NCBI GenBank assembly: GCA_024225875.1
Contig: JAAEMD010000568.1
Location: forward strand, 1 to 37,209
Origin: a bacterium
GTDB lineage: Bacteria; Margulisbacteria; Marinamargulisbacteria; JAAEMD01
DNA: 37,209 nt
Direction of reading: 5' to 3'
Each line of letters begins with the position of its first letter. The first letter of the stretch is position 1. The notes beneath the pieces were generated by a model that had not been told where the DNA came from, did no database searches, and saw only the letters and a program-made list of their open reading frames with translations. The position numbers and the translations under genes were made by a program. Positions 26,319 to 35,017 of this stretch are shown here, one piece after another.

Positions 26319-26911
26319 TTAGTATAGACTTGTTTTCATATTTAAAAAATACGGATTTAAACTGTTTATCGGCTTTTGACGCAATTACAATGCTTTTAAA
26401 ATACGATAAACTAAAAAAACTAAAGAAATTCAGATTATGGGAATTGAAATTTTCAGGTTGTTCTAAAAATGAGGCCGTTTTACGGGTCAAAAATATAATT
26501 GATAAATCGTATTATATATTAAATCCAAATAAAGAAAGTTATTATTTGTCGCTGCTGCCATGTTCCGGCAGAATGTCCGTTGAAACAAAATTTTTAATAA
26601 AAGTTAAAAGCCCGGGCTTACTGGATGATAGTAAATATATGAGAAAAATCAGGCAGAAAGTTGGTGTGGAGATAGATGCTGTTCAAAGCTCACTTGTCTG
26701 GGAGATGACTGTGGAGGATAAGGGTTTATCAAACCAGGAGCTTAAGCAGGACTTAATTAATAATGTAATTGTTACCTCATCCAGAAAGAACGGACTGCTG
26801 GTTAATCCAGTAAGCGAACAGTTTGAGTTTCTGGATACAGATCGTTATTACAGGACGGAACTAAATAAAGAAAATGAAAAACTCTCCGCTGGTAAGCGTA
26901 ATTATTGTTAA
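26315..26911 (+). CDS. purS: Fused tandem PurS-like protein
   Basis: It contains two consecutive PurS-like units of about 85 aa. Each runs from a beta-strand/LK..(D) start to an (I/L)(L/V)NP..E.(Y/F) end (ILNPNKESYYL and LVNPVSEQFEFL). The TTG start overlapping the purQ stop is uncertain. Confidence 0.55.
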   Translation: MISIDLFSYLKNTDLNCLSAFDAITMLLKYDKLKKLKKFRLWELKFSGCSKNEAVLRVKNIIDKSYYILNPNKESYYLSLLPCSGRMSVETKFLIKVKSPGLLDDSKYMRKIRQKVGVEIDAVQSSLVWEMTVEDKGLSNQELKQDLINNVIVTSSRKNGLLVNPVSEQFEFLDTDRYYRTELNKENEKLSAGKRNYC

Positions 26912-27752
26912 TTACAATGGGGCCAGCTATATTCAGGACTGTATCAAATCTGTTTTATTAAGCAAAACAGATTTCAGCTTTGAAATTATAGTTGTTGATA
27001 ATGCTTCTGTTGATAATTCAGTGGAAAAAATAGTTGATGCTGGCGATAGTATTACTGCAATTTTCAATGATGAAAACAAGGGTTTTTCCGGTGGCAATAA
27101 TCAGGGTATATCTATTGCAGAAGGAAGCTATATATTTTTATTAAATAACGATACCATAATTGATCCGGACGCATTATCAAAGCTGGTTAAATACTATGAA
27201 CAGAATAAAGACACAGGTGTTACAGGCCCCAGACTTTTAAATAGAGACAGGACATTACAGGTGCCAGGTAGTTTTTTGGGCAGATGGCAGTATAAAGGAA
27301 CCCGTCCCAGGAAGGTTGGTTTTATATCAGGGGCAGCTTTTTTAACCAGGAAAGATATATTAGCAAAAACAGGCGGGCTGGATGAGAATTTTTTTTTCTA
27401 TAATGAGGATATTGATTTATGTATGCAGATAAAAAAAATGGGGCTGAATCTTATTTATATGCCTGAGGCTGAGGTGGTCCATTTCGGAGGCGAGTCAACT
27501 AAAACCAGGGTCGAAGGTCCAATTATAGAAGGCTACAGGGGTGGACTGTATTTATGCTATAAGCATTATAATCAAGTGTTTTATCTTATTTATCGATGTA
27601 TATTGTTTATTGATATTATTCTCAGGATAATATGGTATGCCGGACTATATATGATAAATAGAAACTATAAGCCTCAGCTGAGGGCCTTTATAAAGATTTT
27701 TAATATTAATGTTAGAAATGATATTTTTCTAATATATCAGGATAAACGTTAA
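26874..27752 (+). CDS. Family-2 glycosyltransferase
   Basis: VSVIIVNYNG, VVDNASVDNS and FLLNNDTII (DxD-type) are present, with C-terminal hydrophobic segments. Confidence 0.8.
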   Translation: MKNSPLVSVIIVNYNGASYIQDCIKSVLLSKTDFSFEIIVVDNASVDNSVEKIVDAGDSITAIFNDENKGFSGGNNQGISIAEGSYIFLLNNDTIIDPDALSKLVKYYEQNKDTGVTGPRLLNRDRTLQVPGSFLGRWQYKGTRPRKVGFISGAAFLTRKDILAKTGGLDENFFFYNEDIDLCMQIKKMGLNLIYMPEAEVVHFGGESTKTRVEGPIIEGYRGGLYLCYKHYNQVFYLIYRCILFIDIILRIIWYAGLYMINRNYKPQLRAFIKIFNINVRNDIFLIYQDKR

Positions 27753-27780
27753 TCCTGATAACATTAAACAGAGTAATTTT

Positions 27781-28491
27781 ATGAAGAATAAATTGAAACT
27801 ATATATAAAGGGTTTCCGGATAAAAGTGAAAAGGTTTTTAAAGACAAACTCTGATACTTTCTGGCATTGTGTAAAAATTCCTGTATTTATTATGCTGGCA
27901 GGTGTTTTTATTTGTAATCAGGTTTTTGCCAGGGTTTATGTAATTCCTGAAGAACTTGTTCAAGAAACCAGAGAAAAAAGAAGGTTGTATAAAGAAAATC
28001 CGGAGTCAAATGAAAGAAGATTTGATTTAGCTATGTGCTATGCTTATACAGGTCGTATCCTTAAGGGACTGGAGATCTTGAAAAAAATACCTGAATCATA
28101 CTCATCTGCTGTAATAGGAAAATATCTGCCTCTTGTTCAAAAAGAGCCTGAAGAATGGAAGCCTAGATTTAAACTCGCGTTTGGCTATTACTTTGAGAAC
28201 AAAAAAGATAAATCAATCGAAGAGTTCAAAAAGATACTGCAGCAGTATCCGGAACATATCTGGGCGATGGGATATATAGCCTTGATAGAAGGAGAAAAAA
28301 ATAATCTGGATGAATGTATAAAGTGGTGTAAAAAGGCAATAAAAATAGAGCCTGATGCTGCAGCTATTCATTTTTTGCTTGAAGAAGGTTATAGAAGAAA
28401 GGGCAACTATTTTGCTGCCTTTGCAGAAGCCTGTATTGTGGGCAGGCTCTTGTCTGAAGAGTCCCTGGTGAGACCTGATGATAAAGATTAA
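27781..28491 (+). CDS. TPR-repeat protein with an N-terminal membrane anchor
   Basis: It has one N-terminal hydrophobic segment. TPR-like units follow (FDLAMCYAYTG, FKLAFGYYFENKKDKSIEEFKKIL, WAMGYIAL, AIKIEPD). Confidence 0.6.
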   Translation: MKNKLKLYIKGFRIKVKRFLKTNSDTFWHCVKIPVFIMLAGVFICNQVFARVYVIPEELVQETREKRRLYKENPESNERRFDLAMCYAYTGRILKGLEILKKIPESYSSAVIGKYLPLVQKEPEEWKPRFKLAFGYYFENKKDKSIEEFKKILQQYPEHIWAMGYIALIEGEKNNLDECIKWCKKAIKIEPDAAAIHFLLEEGYRRKGNYFAAFAEACIVGRLLSEESLVRPDDKD

Positions 28492-29029
28492 TAAATATTT
28501 AAAGTTGCTGCAAAACTTATTAATAATAACTGTATTTGTATTTATAGTAATGTTTTCTTTAAAAGAGCCTCAAATTAGACTTATTGAAAAAAAAGGCAAA
28601 AACCCTGATTTTATTTTTGAAAATGTAAAGATATCAAAGATTGATATGGGGGAAAAAGTCTGGAAAATATCATCAAAATATCTTCAGATAGACAGGGGGT
28701 CCAATACAGCATTGTTAGATGAGGTTGATGGTGACCTGTTTAAGGACGAAAAACTTTTTGTGAAAATTAAATCCGTGAGAGCAAAGATTGAGCTTGATAA
28801 GGATGATATGGAGTTGCAAAAGGCTTCCGCAAAATTTATTCTGGAAGACAGGCTTGTTTTCTTAAAAGCAAATGATTTATGCTGGTTTTCTGCTCAGGAG
28901 AGGTTTTCTGGTAAAGGTAATATTGAAATGCGGTCCAATAATATAAAATTATCAGGAGACCATCTATATGTTGATATCCCTTTACAAAAAATGATTGTTG
29001 CAGATAATGCTTTAGCAGTTATTGATTAG
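28478..29029 (+). CDS. LptC-like membrane-anchored periplasmic protein (tentative)
   Basis: It has a single N-terminal TM segment followed by a beta-rich 150-aa domain. Its size and layout match LptC. No strong motif was found. Confidence 0.35.
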   Translation: MIKINKYLKLLQNLLIITVFVFIVMFSLKEPQIRLIEKKGKNPDFIFENVKISKIDMGEKVWKISSKYLQIDRGSNTALLDEVDGDLFKDEKLFVKIKSVRAKIELDKDDMELQKASAKFILEDRLVFLKANDLCWFSAQERFSGKGNIEMRSNNIKLSGDHLYVDIPLQKMIVADNALAVID

Positions 29030-29037
29030 GAGAATAA

Positions 29038-29775
29038 ATGAAAAAATATAAAAAAAAAGAGAAAACCCTGAAGCTGGGGCCGTATTTATCATCACAACTG
29101 TCTATATCAAGGCGAGAGATTATGTCTTTATTGAAGGAAGGCCGGATAAAAGTTAACGGTAATCCGGTTTATAGTATCAGCAAATTAATCATAATCAATA
29201 AAGATCTGGTTACTGTAAATTCAAAAAAAATAATATTTCGACCTGAGTTCTATTATTATAAATTTAATAAACCGAAAAATGTTATCAGCACACTGGCTGA
29301 TCCTGAAGGGCGCCGGGATTTAAAGTATTATATGTCCGGTGTTCCTCAAAATATTTTTCCGGTTGGCAGGCTTGACCGCAATACAAAAGGGCTGATTTTA
29401 TTTACAAATGATGGAGAATTTGCCAACAGAGTGAGTCATCCCGGATATCATATCAATAAGGTATATAAAGTAACATTAAATAAGAGAATTATCAGACGGG
29501 ACATTGAAAGGTTGTTGTCCGGTCTTATTCTGGCAGATGGTCCTGTAAGATTTACAAATGTTGATATTGTATCGGATGTTAGTGTTATAGTAACAATTAA
29601 TGAAGGTAGAAACAGGATTGTCAGACGATCTTTTGAGCAGATGAATTATGAAGTTAAAAAACTGAAGAGAATATCTATAGGCGATATTCAGTTACAGGAA
29701 TTGAAAGAAGGCGCATTTAAAAGACTGACTGTTAATGAGTTACGTTCTTTAAAAAGATTGTTGAACATGTTATAA
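29038..29775 (+). CDS. rluB: Pseudouridine synthase, RsuA/RluB family, with an S4 domain
   Basis: It has an S4-like N-terminus, a catalytic GRLDRNTKGLILFTNDG, and KVYKV.L. Confidence 0.8.
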   Translation: MKKYKKKEKTLKLGPYLSSQLSISRREIMSLLKEGRIKVNGNPVYSISKLIIINKDLVTVNSKKIIFRPEFYYYKFNKPKNVISTLADPEGRRDLKYYMSGVPQNIFPVGRLDRNTKGLILFTNDGEFANRVSHPGYHINKVYKVTLNKRIIRRDIERLLSGLILADGPVRFTNVDIVSDVSVIVTINEGRNRIVRRSFEQMNYEVKKLKRISIGDIQLQELKEGAFKRLTVNELRSLKRLLNML

Positions 29776-29807
29776 ATATAAACCTGTGTTATACAAAATC
29801 AATTTTT

Positions 29808-29884
29808 GGCGGCGTAGCTCAGGTGGTTAGAGCGCACGGCTCATACCCGTGTTGTCACTGGTTCGAGTCCAGTCGCCGCTACCA
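29808..29884 (+). tRNA. tRNA with CAT anticodon (elongator Met, or Ile2 if lysidinylated), CCA encoded
   Basis: Hand-folded: GGCGGCG/CGCCGCT acceptor stem (G1-U72), GCTC..GAGC D arm, CACGG-CTCATAC-CCGTG anticodon arm, and ACTGG-TTCGAGT-CCAGT T arm. It lacks the initiator features (C1xA72 and three G-C pairs in the anticodon stem). Confidence 0.9.
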
Positions 29885-29896
29885 GAAGATGGATAA

Positions 29897-32680
29897 ATGA
29901 AAAATCTAAAATATATTTTATTGCCTTTTGCAGTAATAACTTTATTTATAATTTTCTATTCGGTTATTTCTTTATATCCGGAAGTTTTGTGGTTTGAATC
30001 TTTTGGATTTGATAATATCTGGTGGTTTGTTTTCAGGTCAAAAGCAATAGTATTTGCTTTTTTTGCAGCGGTAGCTTACTTCTGGCTGGTAGTAAATATT
30101 AATATAGCTAAACGCGTATCATCAGACTATGTTGAAAGAGATGTAGCAGATGATAACCCTTTTTCTGCGTTTGTGAACCAGTTCTTTATCAGAGTTAAGG
30201 ATAACTTTTCCTTAAGTCCTGAGATAAATATAAAAAATAAAGTTAATATTATTGTTAACATCGGATTGATTTGCCTGTCTGTATTTATGGGGCTTTCTGC
30301 TAAAGTCTGGTGGCAGGAAATATATGAATTTATACATGGTGCGCTTTTTAATTTAAGTGACCCTGTCTTTAATAAAGATATTTCTTTTTATATTTTTTCG
30401 TTACCTTTAATTAAGAGTATCCAGGCCTGGCTGCTCTGGCTTTTATTTTTTTCAATATTAATTGCCGGAGCAGTATACTTTTCTAAAAATATTCTAAAAG
30501 CAGCATTTAACAGGATTCCTGGTTTGAACAGGATTAAGAGCCATCTGTTTATTCTTTTGGGCTTAATGCTGCTGGTTATTACTGTTGGAAAATGGTTACA
30601 GTGGTTTGATCTTTTATATTCTGTAGAGGGTATAGTTTTTGGGGCCGGTTATACTGATATTCATGCCAGACTTCTGGCATATAGAATTATAACCCTGCTG
30701 TTTTTTATTGAATCAATTATCCTGTTTATCTGGGCATTTAGACCGGGTTTTAAGGTTCCTGTATATTTTCTGGGAGGTATTATTGTTGTATCTATTGTTC
30801 TGGGTGGTATATATCCAGGTTTGGTTCAAAGTTATATTGTAGAGCCTAATGAAATGGTTAAGGAGCAGCCTTATATTGAAAACAGTATAAAATATACCAG
30901 ACGGGCATATAATCTGGATAAGATAGAGGAGCAACCTTTTTCTGCAACTAATGATCTTAACTATGGAGATATAAAAAATAACCCGGCAATTATTGATAAT
31001 ATCAGACTATGGAATCAAGAACCAATAAAAAAGACATTCAGCCAGCTACAGGAAATCAGATTATATTATGAATTTCAAAATATAGATGTAGACAGGTATA
31101 TGATAAATAACAGTCTTCAGCAGGTTATGTTATCAGCACGTGAACTGGACTCAACAAAGTTAACTCAAAAAGCACAAACCTGGACTAACAGGCATTTGGT
31201 ATATACACATGGGTATGGCCTGTGTATGTCTCCGGTAAGTAAGATAACAAAAGAGGGGCTGCCGTACTTTTATGTTAAAGATTTACCCCCGGTTTCTTCT
31301 GTTGGTATTTCTATATCAAGGCCGGAGATCTATTTTGGTGAAATAACTTCTGATTACATTATTGTTAATACTAAAGAACAGGAATTTAACTATCCTAAAG
31401 GAGATCAGAACGAATATACAAAATACGCGGGAAAAGGTGGAATAGTTTTAGATAATTTTTCTAAAAGATTTGTGTATGCTTTGAAATTTTCAGATCTTAA
31501 ATTTTTAATCAGTTCTCTTATAAATTCTGACAGCCGTTTATTATATGATCGGGACATAAAGACAATAGTTCAAAAAATAGCGCCGTTCCTGTTTTTTGAC
31601 AGAGACCCGTACCTGACAATAACAGCTGCCGGCAGGTTAGTCTGGGTTATAGATGGTTATACAGTTTCAAACAACTTTCCTTATTCAGACAAAATACAGG
31701 GACAGATAAATTATATCAGGAATGCAGTTAAAGCAACTGTTGATGCCTATGATGGGAAAGTCAGTTTCTACATTACAGATAAAAAAGACCCTGTAATTGA
31801 AACTTACTCCAGGATTTATAAAGGAATGTTTAAAAAGATAGATGAAATGCCGCATGAATTGAAGCAGCATTTTCGTTATCCAAAAGAAATGTTCCTGGTT
31901 CAGGCGCATATGTACAAAACATACCATATGACAAATCCCAGGGTCTTTTATAATAGAGAAGATCTGTGGGGTATACCAAAACAAAAGCATGGAGATACGG
32001 AAGAGTTTATGGACGCATATTATATGGTTACAAAACTGCCTGGAGAAACAAAAGACAGTTTTGTGCTGATGCTTCCGTTTACGCCTTCTAATAAGAACAA
32101 TATGATTTCCTGGATGGTTGCAAAGTCGGATATTGATGAGTACGGAAAGATAAAAGTATATAAGTTTCCTAAAGAACGTACTATTTATGGGCCTATGCAG
32201 ATAGAGTCTCGTATAGATCAGGATACTGAAATATCACAAAAGCTTACATTATGGGGCCAGGCAGGATCAAGAGTTATAAGAGGAAACATTATGGTGGTGC
32301 CGATAAAAGATTCTCTGCTTTATATGGAGCCTATATACCTGCAGGCAACTCAAAGTAAATTTCCGGAGCTGAAGCGGGTAATAGTTTCTTATGACGATAA
32401 AGTTATTATGGATGATAATTTAGATGATGCGATTGCTTCTGTTTTCGGTCATGAAGAAAAAATGAAAGATCAGGAAGAGGCCGGGGAAAGTCTTGATCCG
32501 GAAGAAAAAAGTGAAGATAATGTGCCGTCGCTGTTAAAAAGCTTGTTAAATGAATTTAAATCCTTTAAGAACTATGCTGTTAAAAATGACTGGGCAGGTT
32601 TTGGTAAATCCCTGGAAGGTATTGATAAACTTGTAGAAAAATTGATACAATTTGAAGCTTTGAAAAACAACAAAAAATAA
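29897..32680 (+). CDS. UPF0182-family large membrane protein
   Basis: It has about 7 N-terminal TM segments and a large soluble domain. The 927-aa size and motifs such as GAGYTD.HA, RLWN and YTHGYG are typical of UPF0182 (COG1615). Confidence 0.75.
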   Translation: MKNLKYILLPFAVITLFIIFYSVISLYPEVLWFESFGFDNIWWFVFRSKAIVFAFFAAVAYFWLVVNINIAKRVSSDYVERDVADDNPFSAFVNQFFIRVKDNFSLSPEINIKNKVNIIVNIGLICLSVFMGLSAKVWWQEIYEFIHGALFNLSDPVFNKDISFYIFSLPLIKSIQAWLLWLLFFSILIAGAVYFSKNILKAAFNRIPGLNRIKSHLFILLGLMLLVITVGKWLQWFDLLYSVEGIVFGAGYTDIHARLLAYRIITLLFFIESIILFIWAFRPGFKVPVYFLGGIIVVSIVLGGIYPGLVQSYIVEPNEMVKEQPYIENSIKYTRRAYNLDKIEEQPFSATNDLNYGDIKNNPAIIDNIRLWNQEPIKKTFSQLQEIRLYYEFQNIDVDRYMINNSLQQVMLSARELDSTKLTQKAQTWTNRHLVYTHGYGLCMSPVSKITKEGLPYFYVKDLPPVSSVGISISRPEIYFGEITSDYIIVNTKEQEFNYPKGDQNEYTKYAGKGGIVLDNFSKRFVYALKFSDLKFLISSLINSDSRLLYDRDIKTIVQKIAPFLFFDRDPYLTITAAGRLVWVIDGYTVSNNFPYSDKIQGQINYIRNAVKATVDAYDGKVSFYITDKKDPVIETYSRIYKGMFKKIDEMPHELKQHFRYPKEMFLVQAHMYKTYHMTNPRVFYNREDLWGIPKQKHGDTEEFMDAYYMVTKLPGETKDSFVLMLPFTPSNKNNMISWMVAKSDIDEYGKIKVYKFPKERTIYGPMQIESRIDQDTEISQKLTLWGQAGSRVIRGNIMVVPIKDSLLYMEPIYLQATQSKFPELKRVIVSYDDKVIMDDNLDDAIASVFGHEEKMKDQEEAGESLDPEEKSEDNVPSLLKSLLNEFKSFKNYAVKNDWAGFGKSLEGIDKLVEKLIQFEALKNNKK

Positions 32681-32705
32681 CTTTTGGGGTAAATAGGGAG
32701 AAAAA

Positions 32706-32912
32706 ATGCCTACTTATGAATATAAATGTTCTAAATGTAATCACTGTTTTGAGATGTTTCAAAGTATTTCAGCAGATCCGTTAAAAGACTGTCCGGAATG
32801 TGATGGTAATATACAAAAGGTTATAGGTTCTAATATAGCAATTAGTTTTAAGGGCTCTGGATTTTACGTTAATGACAATAAATCTAAAGCTTCTTCAGAG
32901 TCTAAAAGCTAG
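32706..32912 (+). CDS. FmdB-family zinc-ribbon protein
   Basis: MPTYEYKCSKCNHCFE...CPECDG is the CxxC...CxxC signature of this family. An AGGGAG RBS lies upstream. Confidence 0.85.
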   Translation: MPTYEYKCSKCNHCFEMFQSISADPLKDCPECDGNIQKVIGSNIAISFKGSGFYVNDNKSKASSESKS

Positions 32913-32964
32913 AGGTTTTATAAATACAACAAAGCTGACTATAAAGGCAGAGGATTGTTTTTGG

Positions 32965-34941
32965 CTAGCACTCAGCTCTTCTTATATCCATAACATTAAG
33001 ACGTAATCTGGATTTAGATGTTCCTTTTTTTGATTTGTGATGATCTATGTCGACAGTGAAAATAAGATCGTATTTTGTTCCAGTGTTATTACTTACAACC
33101 TCACAATACTGTTCCCAGAGACCAAAGCCAACAGCATCTATATGCGCTGGTGCTGATTTTATAGATATATTTTCCGGTCGTAAAACAAGAAATTCTACAT
33201 GCGGAGTTCTATTCTTTTGATACTTATTACCAAATGATCTTGCTTTGCTTAAGGTACAGTTTTTAATAATAAATAGTGGATATTCGAAGACCTGTCCATA
33301 AGGCATTAAGGTATCCAGCTTATTGATTAAATTATGATTGATATCTTGATATTTTGTCTCATCGATAATTTCATATGAATACTTAAACTTATCTTCAGGC
33401 AGAGAATCCATTTCAAGGCGGATAATTCTAAGCAGCTCAGAAATATCATTTTTATGAAAAGTAAAACCACAGGCCTGAGCATGCCCTCCAAACGCGTTAA
33501 CCATTCTTTTGCCAAGCATGGTTTCTACTTCAACTTTAAATATTGAACGATTATGTTTTGCTTCAAATTTATTTATAACGCACTCCATTATCTTGTACAT
33601 ATTAATTGTTGGTATACTTCTTATGGATGCTCTGATATAAGGGCTGTTAGTATATTCTGTTAAGATCATAGCAGGTCGAAGGAAGCGATCACGAAGCCGA
33701 TCAGTATCAATACCAATTACACCGGGGTTCCAGTTATGACCTTTTATAATCGTTATTTTATCGGTGTCCTTTACCTGTTCTTTAATTAAGCGGTCTATTT
33801 CATTTTCAATTGCAACTGTTATATATTTTCTTTTTTCATTTACATCATCAACTAAAAGCGCTTCCTTTTGTGCATGCGGCTCCTGTTTTATTCTTAAATC
33901 TTTTTCTATTACATAATCGAACTTTTTTAAAACCTTATTCGCTTTTTTTGCATTTTTTTTGCCAGTACCTAAAATTAAAAGATCCACAACAATACGTGAG
34001 TCCGGTATGTTTTCATGTCTATTGCCAATACGTCCAGGAGCGTTTAATCTTGGAGAAATGGTTCTGCTTATGTTTCGTGCTTTATACTTTTTAATATAAG
34101 AACCGCTAATCATCTTTAATGCTCTCAGTCCTTCTTTATGAGTATTATTTAACGCTTCAATGCCTTTTTTTACTATTATGCGATTCATAGGGCTGATAAA
34201 AGACATTCTGTCCGAAATGGTCCCAAGAGCAGTAATTGCTAATAAATGATCCATAAGATCTTTGGAGATAGTTCTGCCGAGCCTTTCAAATATAGCAAGT
34301 ATAAGTTTAAAGGAAACTCCCGCACCGGCAAGAAATTTTGCCGGATTATCGTCCGGTACCAGAAAGGGATTTATTATCGCATATGCGTCTGGCAGGTTTT
34401 TACTTATTTTATGATGGTCTGTGATAATAACATCAATACCGACAGAGTTTGCATAGTTTGTTACTACTACATCGTTGCTGCCACAATCAGAAGTAATTAA
34501 TAAATTGGCTTTAAGTTTTTTTGATTGATCTATAATTCTTGTTTGTATCCCATGCCCTTCAACTGGTCTTATGGGAAAATCATAATAAACATCCAGCCCC
34601 AGAGCTTTAAGCCCGATAATCAGTACCGCAGCCCCTGTTGTTCCGTCTGCGTCAGGATCTCCCTGGACCATCACTTTTTCTTCAAGGGCTATAGCACGTT
34701 GAAGACGTTCTGTAGCTTTCAGTAAATTCTCAGGGCTGGATACACCATAAGTGTCTGTAATCATTGTATCCGGTGGGCAGATGAATTTTAAAATTTCTTC
34801 TTTTTTGCCGTTCCCTGTATTCCTGGCTAAAAGGATCTTTGCTAAAAGAGGGTCTAAATTTAACTCAGATGACAACTTGTTTATTTTTTCCTGGTCAATA
34901 TTACAATAATGCCATCTTTTTCTATTTTGTGGTAATCTCAT
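32965..34941 (-). CDS. recJ: Single-stranded-DNA-specific exonuclease RecJ (DHH/DHHA1)
   Basis: DHH motifs DPDADGTTG, ITSDCGS and ITDHH are present, along with a GGHAQACG DHHA1 motif. Confidence 0.85.
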   Translation of the reverse strand: MRLPQNRKRWHYCNIDQEKINKLSSELNLDPLLAKILLARNTGNGKKEEILKFICPPDTMITDTYGVSSPENLLKATERLQRAIALEEKVMVQGDPDADGTTGAAVLIIGLKALGLDVYYDFPIRPVEGHGIQTRIIDQSKKLKANLLITSDCGSNDVVVTNYANSVGIDVIITDHHKISKNLPDAYAIINPFLVPDDNPAKFLAGAGVSFKLILAIFERLGRTISKDLMDHLLAITALGTISDRMSFISPMNRIIVKKGIEALNNTHKEGLRALKMISGSYIKKYKARNISRTISPRLNAPGRIGNRHENIPDSRIVVDLLILGTGKKNAKKANKVLKKFDYVIEKDLRIKQEPHAQKEALLVDDVNEKRKYITVAIENEIDRLIKEQVKDTDKITIIKGHNWNPGVIGIDTDRLRDRFLRPAMILTEYTNSPYIRASIRSIPTINMYKIMECVINKFEAKHNRSIFKVEVETMLGKRMVNAFGGHAQACGFTFHKNDISELLRIIRLEMDSLPEDKFKYSYEIIDETKYQDINHNLINKLDTLMPYGQVFEYPLFIIKNCTLSKARSFGNKYQKNRTPHVEFLVLRPENISIKSAPAHIDAVGFGLWEQYCEVVSNNTGTKYDLIFTVDIDHHKSKKGTSKSRLRLNVMDIRRAEC

Positions 34942-35017
34942 AACAACATGATAACTTGTGCTACACGAATAGGGAAGAGATTGATGTTATTTGTTACTAA
35001 TATGTTAAAATAACATA

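Noticed and set aside
24100-26490. Minus-strand ORFs (79-105 aa) lie opposite the lptA-like, TrxB-like, purQ and purS-like genes.
   Set aside because: These are shadow ORFs opposite motif-supported genes.
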